NCBI RefSeq assembly: GCF_009914755.1
Contig: NC_060938.1
Reading direction: 5' to 3' (one strand)
DNA from: the human T2T-CHM13v2.0 reference genome, Homo sapiens
DNA: 64,000 bases
Shown: positions 51,791-64,000 of the stretch, piece after piece
How the letters are laid out: each line of letters starts with the position of its first letter
How positions within the stretch are numbered: position 1 is the stretch's first letter
Notes under the pieces: model-generated
The model's database searches: none
The model's input: only the letters and a program-made list of their open reading frames with translations
Told to the model about the DNA's origin: nothing
Made by a program: the position numbers and the translations under genes

Positions 51791-51889
51791 CATTATTCCT
51801 ATTTATTTGCTCAAGATGAGATGCCTTCTTGCGTTTGAATTGTTGTGTTACATTGCTCCCAGAAACATCTTGATTAGATGATTTTTCCC

Positions 51890-53600
51890 AGAAAAATAAC
51901 AGATGCAGTCAATAAGTGCTGCTCCCACCGAGACACCAAAATATCCCGTAAACCAACACACTCTGAGCAGATCTTCGCAGTGAAACGCTGAGTCCACAGA
52001 GCGGCCACACAGACACGAGGCTGAAGAGGAAGGAAGCTGGGAACCCTGCGCGGGGTGAGTGCCAGGACTAGTTCCAGGCCCAGAACGTTTCCTAGGGAAG
52101 GGTTGAGTAAAGTGACAGTGGGGCAGCCCACTCTCCTCACGTATTTCTGGGATCCCAGCTATAAGAGATCCTATGACCCCCACAGACAGTTGAATTGGCA
52201 GGGGGATCTGCCCAGGGAGTAGGCAGAGACAGAGCTCCAGGTTGCAGGGAGCCCAGGGGGTTTTGTGTGCATGGCAGCTGCAGAGGAAGGTGGCTATAGG
52301 CGCCTATCCCCCAAGGCTCCCCATCTGACCTCAACTTACCAGTGAGCCAAGAGAGAGCAGGGCGGTCCTTCCTGCGGGACTGGGGCGCATATGTTCTGCG
52401 GGACCCCCTGCACGCAGCCCCTCCCAAAGCCCCTGTCTGGTTGTTCCTGCAGGAGTGTGTGCACTGTGCCGCCTCCGCTGCCCAGCCTGAGTTCTTGCTA
52501 GCGACCCCGCCTGAATGCTTTCCAGGCAGCTTGGGAGCACTTCGGATCCCCCAACACAGCAGGGGTCTGACCCCGAGGGGCCGAAAGACAGAGCCCAATG
52601 CCCCAAGGTTGCAGCACAGAGCTCAGGAGTGCCCAGCTGAGACCTGTGGCTGGTGCGCAAGCGCGGGGGAGGAGCCTCCACTCAGAACACTGGGAGGAGT
52701 GAGAAGCAGTTCGTGGGCCAGCGCGGGATGAGACTTGTCTCTCTCAGGGCCTTTCAGGGAAGGGTTGCGGCCTGTCTGCAAGCCTTAGCCTCTGCCGGAG
52801 AGAGCCCCCACAGCTCCGAACACCTAACAAAGGAAACGTAAGTGCAGCTCCAGTGATTGGAGGGGGCTCCTCTAAGGGCCAGGAGAGGACTTGGCAAAAG
52901 GATCATCTCTCTCCCCTGAACTATGGAGCATGACTGCGAATACAAAATACCAAAGAGCCAACGCTGAGTCAGAGCCTGCCGGCAATTACTCTTAAGCGCC
53001 ATCTACTGGTTTGCCGCCGAAATTACAATTTCAAAATATTCTGCCAGTATAGAGCACCTGTAAAACCCAGAGCAAGAATCTAGCCACAAAGATCCCATAC
53101 AGAGCCTTGGCCCTCTGAAAGTATCCAGAAATGAAGCCAATTGACTATACTCAACATATACCACAGTTAAGCCCTCAAGGTAAATGAATAATATAAAAAC
53201 AAGACGACAAAGGAACACCAGCCCTCTCAAAAGAGTCAGCACAAGAACTCTGGCAATTCAAAACGTCAAATAAGCATACTAGCCCCTCAGCAAGGACTGA
53301 AATGTCCGGAATGACAGACATAGAATTCAGAATCTGGATACCAAAGAAGCTCATCAAGATTCAAGAGGAAGTAGAAACCCAATCCAAGGAATCCAGTAAA
53401 AATGACCCAAAAATTGAAAGACAAAATAGCCATTTTTAAAAAGAACCAAACTGAACTGGAATTTAAAAATTCACTACAAAATTTTCATAATAGTGTTGGA
53501 AGCATTAACAGAGGAATAGATCAAGCTGTGGAATCTCAGAGCTCAAAAACTGATTCTTCAAATCAACTCAATCAGATAAAGAAAAAAATTTTAAATATAC
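51890..53600 (+). mobile_element. Old primate L1 (L1P4/L1PA15-16-like) 5'UTR and ORF1 start, 3'-truncated
   Basis: GC-rich 5'UTR followed by CAGCACAAGAACTCTGGCAATTCAAAA and an ORF1 coiled-coil remnant (LKDKIAIFKKNQTELEFKNSLQNFHNSVGSINRGIDQA). Confidence 0.75.
52340..52860. promoter_or_regulatory. Candidate CpG-rich bidirectional promoter inside the L1 5'UTR
   Basis: Many CpGs; GC box GGGCGG 52360-52365; NRF1-like TGCGCAAGCGC 52654-52664; ATTGG ~52856-52860; divergent GTAAGT donors (- strand 52339-52334, + strand 52838-52843). Confidence 0.5.
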
Positions 53601-54264
53601 AAATCTTCAGAGAGGATACTCAATCTGTATCCACTGAACAATTTCTCATTTCCTGCTTCCTCCAGTCCGGAGTAACCACCATTCTACTTTTTGTTTCTAA
53701 GAATTTGATCACTGTAGATAACCTCATTTAAGTGGAATTGTGTAGTATTTATCTTTTTGTGATTGGCTTATTTCATGTATGTGAAATGTAAAAAAAAAAT
53801 GAAGCTAACAAATATTTTATTAAAACTAAACATTAATGTGTTTCATGCCACTGAACTGTACACTTAACCATGGCTAAAATGGTAATCATATTTTATCACA
53901 GTAAAAAAAAATGGAAAAACACTCTCAACGCTAACTGTAACACTAACTGTAACAATTAGACCAGTTAGAACAAAAAATTATTTCTTATGGGAAGGTGTTC
54001 TATCATTGACATAGTTTAGGATTGCTGGCACATGGTAATAATAAAAAGCACACTACATGTAATCAATTTAATAATGATTGTGTTTATGTTCTCGGCCAGC
54101 AGTTCACCTCCTTATTGCCCGTCCCCCAGGACTGACTGCCCCCCTCCCTGGGCACAACACTACTGCAAAATATGCCAAGAGCAGGATTTGATAGCTTTAC
54201 CATGAGGCTGTCCAGCAATGTGGGCTCCCATGCTCACATATTTAAAGTGGGGTTTTTCAGTAAC

Positions 54265-54572
54265 TGTCTTAGTCTGTTCAGGTTGCTGTAACAAAATACC
54301 ATGAAATTGGTAGTTTCTAAACAATTGGCATTTATTTCTCAGAGTTCTGGAGACTGAGAAGTCCCAGATCAAGGGGCCAGCAGATTTGGTGTCTGGTGAG
54401 AGTCTGTTCCTTGTTGCACTCTCACATGGTGGAAAGGGCTAGCTAGTTCTCTGAGTCTCTTCCTAAGTGCATTATGCCCTCACTGCCGAAAGACACCCCG
54501 TCTAATACCATCACCTTGGGTTAGAATGGCAGCATATGAATTTGGGGGTGTAGAAACATTCAGACCATAACA
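54265..54572 (-). mobile_element. MLT1A-type LTR
   Basis: TGTCTTAGTCTGTTCAGGTTGCTGTAACAAAATACC...ACATTCAGACCATAACA. Confidence 0.85.
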
Positions 54573-56614
54573 ATAACCACAGGACATTTGTCTCCAAGTT
54601 TCTATATTCCTGATGCATCCTGCCATGAAACCCGCAGAAGCCACGCCCACTTTAATTGCATTAGGGAGCTCTCTTAGGAATAAACTTATTTCACCATCAG
54701 ATTCACCAGAAGGGAAGTGATATGAGGTAAGGCTAGACAGATCTCCTTCAAGCAAACAAACATACTTTTTTTTTTTCTGTGAAAACATTCTTTTCCTTTA
54801 ACTCATTGAACTATTAGGAGAGGGCAAAAACAGAACTGACTACTTTGCCAACCCCCAAGTCTTCACTGAATGACTCTTCAGAAGGACTTTGCTGTCATGG
54901 TCCCAGCCAGTGTTTTTATTTGTCTCTCTGTCTTTTCAGAGTGGTGAGTACAGACAGTGGAGAGTGAAGAACTGTCCCCAGAATATCTCCTCTGAACAGA
55001 AACAAGAGACCAGGTTGGCTGCAAGGCCACAGCCTCTTATTAACTGGTGTAGCTAAGATGGAAACCATTTGTTCCTGGAAACTGAGGTGACGAAAAGACC
55101 CATCCCATCCTAAGCTAGGGATGGAGTATCTTGACCTCACTCTGCCAATCTGCCCTAGCTTCAAACTATGGTCTCGCTGTGTGGCCTTAGGCAAATTACT
55201 TGGCCTCCACAAAGCTCCATCAACTCATCTGTAAAATGAAGATAAAAATAACCACCCTCAAGACTACTGTATTTGAAAAAACAGGCAATGCATTTGTCAC
55301 TCAAGAAGTATTTGTTCCGAGTCCCCATCCCTGTTTTCTTCATACTTGCTGCATACTTCAAAACCAGTATTTCCAAACACTTCTCTCTGCTCCACAAAAG
55401 CTGTGTCTGTAAAATCTTTCAGTGTCCTTCTTCTACCTTTAATACCCTCCCTGAGAACAGGAACTCTTGGTTGTGGGAGACGAATTCTATGGAAAGGCTC
55501 CAGAACACATGGAGCATGTCAAAAAGGAGGCTTTAAGAACATGAAAATAACACTAAGTATATATATCACACACCCTCTTTATAACATAGAACTTAAAAGC
55601 TGAGTGCCATCTCAAGATAGAGCACAGGGTCCTTATACATTTCACACCAAGAAGGAGAGGAAGTCTTGGAAAGTTGATCAGAGCAGATTTGTGCTAGAAC
55701 AAGTTCAGGAAGATGTCAAGGACTTTGGAGTCTCTGTGCTCTTTCAACTCCTACAAATGGACCTCCAGTGGCCTCATCCACTGAGGCCGATTGGCCCCCA
55801 GAGAGAGATGCTATGCAAGGGATGAAGAATCTTGAAGGGACTCTGCCAATTCTACCAATCAGTCACTTCATCAAGACTGTAGGGAGTTTGAATATGGGTT
55901 GTCATGGTACACATAGTAGGTATTCAAGTATTTGCGGAATACATGAATGACACAAAATATAATGGGCTTAAATGTAACAAACTCCTTTATGTTCGAAGAT
56001 AATCAGCCAACCACAATTGTGATGCTGGTATTACAAGTATTGCTATTTTGGTAATTCACTGAAGATTTTTGAATAGGATATTGAATGTCTAATGGGAAGA
56101 AGGGGCTAATTGGGAAGGCAAAAGACTCCTACAAGGGAAAGGTGATATCTTAAGACACACTTTGCATGAATAATGCTTTTCTTTCTTGGTTGCAAACAAC
56201 AGAAACAGACTTATTTTAAGCAGAAAAGGGATTGGAAGGGTACAGTAGTTTGCAGCCAAAGTCTGCTTAGGAGGTTGCCAATAGCACTCTTGCCCCAGTC
56301 AATATCACACCACCAGACCTGAACATATATAGGACCTCTGACTGATCCTGCAACTTTGTTTCATGCTCTTAAGACTCAAAGTCCTGAGTGTAAGCATCAG
56401 TCTGACCACCTCAGATTTTGGTCCCTGTTTCTGGATCCAGTGACAGGTGACTTCTTACTTGCTATTCTACTTCCATAAAGAGGTATATATTACCCTCCAT
56501 TCTTCTTGGCATGAAGCAAAATAGGAAGGGTATTCTGACACTGAGAAGCCAAAACAACAAATGTCCCTTGTACATCCCTGCTGAAAGTGAACAGCTCTAA
56601 AGAGCTTTACTCTC

Positions 56615-56952
<338 letters not shown>

Positions 56953-57689
56953 TTAGTTTTCCTGGCCCTATTTGCCCCACTCAGCAATGCCACCCTAACC
57001 TATGCATCATTAGCATGGAGGTCCTGTCAACACAGAGAAGTCAATGTACTCTTTTTCAAAGTGGAGGAGACATTGTGAGAATCAGAGTGATGTATCTGTA
57101 TCTTCAATGTTTGACAACTCTGTTTTGCTCCTTAAATGAACTGGACAGACTCCATTCATATTTGGAAAAGTCCATTTTTAAAATGATAGTTCTATCATAG
57201 TTTTAGCTTTGAGAAAATTCAACTTATTTAGACATATAATTTAGGATTTTTTTGGCGGGGGGAGAGAGGGAGCTTAAAGGCCCTCCCACTGTTTGATTAT
57301 CCCTCTCCCATACCCAGCACTCAATTTTCTTCCCTCTGACACTTTCTGCTGTAGCCAGATGCATTGTTTCACCAACTTACCCTCCCAGGATTGTTTGGTT
57401 ATAATGAACTCTTTCACTGGTTCTCAATTTGTTTTTGCTATTTTTGACCATTAATTTTTTCCGGTTCAAGAATAATTTTAAACTATGCAAATAAGTATGA
57501 AATTAAGCATATAATTGTGACATCTGAGTGCTGACTGTGTACCAGGCACCAGCCTAAGAGCTTTACATGCATCACACCTCATTTCATCCTCAAAATCTTG
57601 TCATTTTACAGCTGGAGAAACAAAAGCCAAAAGCTTAAGCTTAATCAAAGTAGGGGCTTGAATTAAACTGCAAAATACAAGATTTGCTG

Positions 57690-60600
57690 GCAATAAATAA
57701 GATATCTTTATTATGATTATGTTAATAGTTAAAATTTGCATGTTTTCTAGATAGTCTGTTAACAGGATAAAAAAATACAAAAAGGCGAGCTTCTTAATGA
57801 TTCAGCTGAATTAACTATAAAATTAAAATACCTGCTAATTATTATCTTCTAAAATAACACAAAATATATTCAATACGCAATACAAACCTCAGTAATCCAA
57901 TTCTCCTAATATGCAATTATTTATAACCTCTGAACTAAGAGGAAGTGGTTTGACTAAACAGAGAAATAACAATGTTTTTATCCTAAGTAATCTATACTTT
58001 GGAGTAGAAATACTTATTTAATACAATATGTTAATTATTAATATTTCACAAGGAGTAATCTTTATTTTGAAAAACAATGTTAATTATACCAATTTTTAGT
58101 TATAATTTGTTAGTGTGAATTCGCCCAACCTAAATTCCTGTGTGCCTGGAAAATACAACTTTTTAAAAGCTAGTATTAATCATTTGTAACACAGTTTACT
58201 AATTCAAATTGACATCTCAATCTACTTATCTTTAAGGTACAGAATTTAGCATCTTTTTGTTGTTGTTAAATGGAATTCTCATTAACAATGTAAAGCATTT
58301 TCCTTTCTAAATTGTATTTTATTCAATTATCTATAACAATGCCATATACTAGTAAGCAAAGCAAGCAACATTTTTTTTTAAATAACATCTTTAATTAAAG
58401 TTTTTGCAAAGTAGAATATTAAACTTAAAATAGGTCTTAGTACATCAAAATACTAAGTTCTCTAATTGTATTCCAAGATGGTCTTTAAAACATAATATCC
58501 CATATATCACAGAAGAGCAACCTTGATCTGCAATGAATTTTACAAACATAATAAATATATTTACGCCATTACACATAACAGTATGTACAACAGCAGTTGA
58601 CAATAGTAGCTCAGAACAGCAAAAAGGATTAGCCCCGCCCCCCAAGTCATAGTCCTGATGTAGACTGGACTGATTAAGGAACCTTGACTGAAAGAGTAGT
58701 TACTAACTCAATGTGTAGTAACTTCCCTTAAAAGAGAAAAGTTTTTTTGTTCCTCAAAATAAACAAAAATGTTAGTTTGGTGTGTTCTTCATTAAACCAT
58801 AGACAATGACAAAAGACAAGAGTAAGGCAGGCTTAAAAAGGGAACAATATAAACTTCGTAATAATTTTCATAGCATAATAGAGGACTAAAATGCAAAGCT
58901 ATTTAACAAACTCATGAGGAAACAAGTAAAGCAACTATTTTTTAACTAAAGAATTCAAAATCTGCTATAGCTGATTCTGACAGGTAGGTGAGAGAAAGAC
59001 ATGAAATAAAATGAAAATGTACAAAGATGGATCAACAAACTATTACATTGCACAAAAGCTTAAAAAAAAGAAAGTTCAAGATGAAATAATCGGAAAAACA
59101 GGAATTTTCTCAAGTAGAAGAAAATGCTAAGTCATAAAGAGAACTCCCAAGAGGAAATTATGTCTGTTTTCCTATACAAGGGGTATTTACCCTCTGATAA
59201 GAATGGTGACATTATTGCTATGAGAATCAAAAATAGTATACTCTTAGAGGGAGACAACTCTTTTCATTCCTCCATAAAAGCCAGGAAAAAAAAAATCTGT
59301 GACTTTCATTATAGCAAAAGAAAATATTCATATAAAAGCTATATGTTATTTCCTAAAACCAGAATCTATTATGCTCATTAAGCACACATTTTAATTACTA
59401 CACACTGCTCAAGTCTTGATGTAATCTTAGAACAAGAAAGTGGCTTTGCTTTTAAAAGAGGCAACAGTGTAAATGTGACATTATGATGGCATTTTAATTA
59501 ACAGAAAGAAATGTGAACATTTAAAAAATAGAAAAGCCCAACATAAAGATCCCCCTCACATAACAGACATTTTACTCTAGAAATTAATTGCACATTAAAG
59601 AGTTGTTTTAGCCATATGTGGCACTCCACAGAAATTAAACATGCTCTCAGGCATTCAAATGGTCTGATTACCCAAATGGCCACCAAGCAAGAGTTTGTAT
59701 ACTGAAAGGCACACATTTCCATGTTTTATCTTGTAATTTTGTGTAAATTTTCCTTAGCACTGTTGATTAATGTTAATTTAAGTAAAAGGTGCCATCGCCA
59801 TCTGTGCAAATCTAAACAAATCCTCTCCAGAAACCATTACTTATTTTCATAATACCAAGTCCGAACTATTTTCTGCCTTTAGATAAACATGCTACTTTCA
59901 TTTTCAAATTCTGAAAGTGGAAATCCCTTGCCTTTTCAAAGGAATGACATTTTAATGGAACCTAATACGAAATGATTTGTTAAATACAATGTTAAAAGCA
60001 TGATTAAGAATTCAAGTACAATAAAAGATAAGCAAGTGACATTCTTACAGCAAAAGCTACTATAATAAAACTAAAACATGCTATTTGATTAAAAAGGACA
60101 CGATGCAAATAATATATAAGAGCACAATTTGGTATGCAATGTAGCTTGGACCAGCTTTCAGAATTTTCACAGGTAAAAGAAAAGCATTTGCCAAGTATAC
60201 CATAATTCATATGCAATACGCAGGTGCAAATACAAATGGTTATTTCCTGCTTCAAAAATAACAAAATAACCACTCTGAAAGCAGTGGTTGTTAATATTTG
60301 AAAAATAAAGTTATAAAAACAGGCCAGTATACAACACTACTATGAATATGAATGTTTGTCTACATAGAGGGCCCAAGACAAGCTGAATATCATACAGTAA
60401 TCCAAGTTTCAGTAGCATAAAAACTACTAGATAGCCAAAGGGTTTCACTTAAGCAACACTGCAGCACTGCTGAATTTTTATAGGTAGTTCAGGTCACTGA
60501 CTTCCTTACTGAGTAAATACAAACCTACTAGCAACTATATTGAAGAACAGTTGAACAACAGCACTTCTGTGATGTTACTCCCTCCCATTTCCTCTTCTCT

Positions 60601-62452
60601 CAGTCTTAATAATATATATTTTAAAACCTCTGTGTGCTTTGAGAGTCACAGAATAAACAAACTTCCCCTCAAAAAACTAAATTAATATAGTCAAAATAAA
60701 AGCTGTATTACCAGTTATGGCATCTAAATAAAATCTAACTACTAGCATGCTAGACACCACCATTAACACCAAAGTTTAGAACATAAGTTAAAGAGATCAA
60801 GGTGGTAAGCTGGGTGGGAAGTAGAAAAAAAAATTTTTGCCTTTTTTTAAAGTTAAAAGATTTGTGTTAAAAAAGAAACACTATATAATAGCTCACAGTT
60901 TTCTTCTCTGTAATGTACTTTAAAAAGTGTTCATGTGTTACTTCTGAAAACACAAAGGCAAAAGGAAGACAAAAACTGAAGATTAAAAAAATATATCAAT
61001 ATACAAGTAACCTAAACACATGTAAATTTTGTCAAGATAAACCATGGAAAGTTGAATTCGTTGTAAGAACACAATGGTGAAGACAAGCATTCCTGCAGTT
61101 CTCCCAGGCAGTGAATTCACACTGAACACAGCAGTGCCATATTGTTCTTCAGAGCCCCTTACAGAATACAGACCTATGCATTCTTAATATACATATTACA
61201 TTTCTATTATTTTTAATATACAAGTCAAATTTCTATGCTTTCTTCCCAATGTGCAAACTGGAGCCAACGTCTTTATTTTCAATGGCCTGGAAGGGCCACC
61301 AAATGAAAGAGAGGTAACTTAGTGGCCCACCCACCTCTTCCCCCCAAATTTTCCCCTCAAATTACAAAGTTGATTTTAAAAACTTGTTGAATTAGAATAG
61401 ATTTTTAAAATTCTTTACTAGTAAACACAAGAAACTTTTATAATTACTAAACTGTTTAATAAAAATCCAGGTCCTCACCACCTGCCCTATGCTAATCAAT
61501 GCACAGACTGTTAACTGAATGTTTAGCTTAAAAACTAAACACATTTATAAGCACACACTTCAGCCCAACAGGAAAAGTCTACATATATTCATGTGTATAC
61601 AATTTCAGCTAGATGGTATGCTTGCAAAATAAAACTATATTCCTGAGGAGCTAGTTTGGGGTTTCTTTTTAAGGTGTGGCACTAAAAGAAACAAATTAAG
61701 TTTTTCTGTAAGGAAATTAAAGTTGTGGTTTCAATTCCACTGAACTCAGACAAGACCCAAGTCTTTAATTACATTTAATAAGTATGAAAACCTAATTAAA
61801 ATAAATATTCATTCCTGGGTCAAATTTTATCTCCAAACTATGATCACTGATAACTTTAAATCTTAAATAGATGTTTCATAAAGCTGGAAAGGAAGAGGTA
61901 TATATCACTGAGGGAGAATAGCAAGTAAAAATATTTAAGACCTATTATGAGAGTTTTAAATTGTTTTCTTATACAAGTGAATTAAAATTCAACACAATTC
62001 TTACCCTTTTGTAAAAAGCTCACACGCAACTTTTACCAAATATAACCACATACAATAAGCAGTTTCAGTTCAATCTATCAAAAGGGAAGTTTCTTCAGTT
62101 CATTCCAACAAGTATCTTCTGATTGAACCCAAGTTGGAGGAAGGAATATAGACAAAGCTTTACATGCTAATTACCGGTGGCAGGTACCTGTATTTAAAAT
62201 CAACAATTATGGTTTTCCTACACAAAACCCCAACCCTCCCACCCAAAAACCCTAGGTGCTACAGTTCCATGGCTTGCCAGTAAGTAGTGTCTATGTTGTC
62301 AAGGTCTATCTTTGTTCCAGTAGCTTTGCTTCTACTGCACTTTTCTGACATGCAGAAACGAAGTTTTGGTTGGCATATGCCCCAAGTTTCAAACTGTCCG
62401 CTTTACATTTTTTTTAAGTTTCTTTTATTTATAAAAGAAAAAAAGCAACTCT
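57690..62452 (-). other. GTF2A1: GTF2A1 long 3'UTR (~4.75 kb)
   Basis: Continuous AT-rich sequence without Alus, running from the stop codon to the distal poly(A) signal; internal AATAAA at 62424-62429, 61272-61277, 58318-58323 and 58061-58066. Confidence 0.75.
57707..57712 (-). terminator. GTF2A1: GTF2A1 distal polyadenylation signal
   Basis: TTTATT on + (AATAAA on -) at the edge of the repeat-free block; a U/GU-rich tract follows on the - strand (TCTTGTATTTTG). Confidence 0.7.
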
Positions 62453-62560
62453 TCACCATTCTGCATCTCCAATGGCTTTGGAAAATATATAATCTCTTCC
62501 ATTAAGATTCATAATGCCATCCTTGAGATGAAATTTCCATTTGTTTTTACTTCTGTGTAT
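62453..62560 (-). CDS. GTF2A1: Transcription initiation factor IIA subunit 1 (alpha/beta precursor), last coding exon
   Basis: Reverse strand reads ...TTTTGTTTAG|ATA CAC AGA...GAA TGG TGA = IHRSKNKWKFHLKDGIMNLNGRDYIFSKAIGDAEW*, the conserved TFIIA beta C-terminus. Acceptor at 62561-62562; too short for the ORF track. Confidence 0.97.
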   Translation of the reverse strand: MHRSKNKWKFHLKDGIMNLNGRDYIFSKAIGDAEW

Positions 62561-62633
62561 CTAAACAAAAACAACATTTTAAAAATTGAGAGATACAATC
62601 AGAAAACAGAGAAAACAAGTAACAAAAAACCCA

Positions 62634-62666
62634 TACACACACACACGTACACACACACCCCCCCAC
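62634..62666. repeat. Interrupted (CA)n; (TG)n on the GTF2A1 strand
   Basis: ACACACACACACGTACACACACACCCCCCAC. Confidence 0.85.
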
Positions 62667-62699
62667 AAAACAGTATTTACAGTATTGTATTTGCAAATT

Positions 62700-62828
62700 G
62701 GTTTGTTTTTGTAGAAGAAGGGTCTCCTATGTTGTGCAGGCTGGGCTCGAGCTCCTGGCCTCACGTGATCCTTCTATCTCAGCCTCCCAAAGTGTTGGGA
62801 TTACAAGCGTGAGTCACAGCACCTGGCC
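62700..62828 (-). mobile_element. FLAM / Alu monomer
   Basis: Reverse Alu left arm. Confidence 0.85.
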
Positions 62829-63742
62829 TAAAAATTGGTTTCTTAATAAAGTTTAATTTCACCAAAAAGAACAACAACAACAAAAAAACCACACACAAAA
62901 CTCACTAGGTGGGTCTAAAAACAAATTTATCTGTAATTAGTACTATTTTATAGCTTTTAGTACTTGTGTTCATTAAAGTAGTTAAAAAATATTTCTTTAC
63001 AAAATGTCTTATCTCTCTACCAGGTTTGCATATATATTTTCAAGGTCTACCTCAAAAAGACTATCCTCCACAAAGCTTTCCCAAATCTTACCAGCTAAAA
63101 CTATTCTTTTCCACTGTTAAATTCCCAATGGTATTTTCATTGACATTTCTTACATTATTTGTAAGTAATACAATTATGGACTCATTTCTTCTACCAAAAT
63201 AAAACTCCTTATAGAGTTCTCAAGACCTAACTACCATGGAACCTTATACATAGCAGTATTTTAAAAATACATCTAAAGGATGCTAATCATCCAGTCACTT
63301 ACACCAGATTTCAAAAACTATGTACATCCACAGTTAAACAAAAAGAGCTGAAGGGCAGGCTCTGGGCACTCCCATCTTTGCCTTCACTTATAGTCCGTAG
63401 TTGTTTGTAATTCCATGGATTTGGTGGGGGAGAGGAGTTGTAAAACTTAATGAACTGAAGTGACCTTTCTTCCTTTTCCCAGTAAGTCACACTAATTATT
63501 TAATGTTCAAGTTCCACATCTTCTGCAAAGAAGGCCCCCTGGTTCTCCCTATTCTATGATCTAAAGGTACCTAAAAAAAAAAAAAAATCAACTAGTTCAG
63601 GCTTTCATTTTCAGAAGAAGAAATGACAGATTGGATAGGGTTCAATGGTTTGACCAAGTGTATACTGCTACTAAGTGACAATCATGATTTTCAAGTCTTG
63701 GTCCAGTACGCTTTTACTAAATCAGTCTGTTTCATATAATAA

Positions 63743-64000
<258 letters not shown>

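Noticed and set aside
51848-53002. Cluster of overlapping 60-150 aa ORFs
   Set aside because: Expected from GC-rich, stop-poor L1 5'UTR sequence; no coherent protein

Overview
Human genomic DNA: the human-specific AluYb8 at 12942 and the protein sequences identify the TSHR/GTF2A1 interval on chromosome 14q31. The + strand carries the 3' part of the thyrotropin receptor gene TSHR. This comprises the distal ~22 kb of intron 8, exon 9 (21912-22100), intron 9, and exon 10 (CDS 25172-26585: hinge, 7TM domain and C-tail), with a 3'UTR running to ~28530. The - strand carries the last exon of GTF2A1 (TFIIA alpha/beta; CDS 62560-62453) with a ~4.75 kb 3'UTR ending near 57690, so the two genes are convergent. 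Most of the remainder is transposon-derived: a frameshifted L1PA2, older L1PB/L1MA/HAL1 pieces, L2, MIR, more than 20 Alus, MaLR/ERVL LTRs and hAT/Tigger DNA transposons. Four observations stand out. (1) An old L1 5'UTR (~51900-53050) has kept CpGs and has strong splice donors pointing outward on both strands, making it a candidate TE-derived bidirectional promoter that could drive a TSHR antisense RNA; candidate antisense exons lie downstream. (2) Several splicing or polyadenylation routes would end TSHR near residue 294-301, giving an ectodomain-only product. (3) Several atypical locally templated or tail-less insertions are present. (4) A young, possibly polymorphic AluYb8 lies in TSHR intron 8. 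No prokaryote-type system (CRISPR etc.) is present. Repeat subfamily names are from recall of consensus sequences, not from a search.
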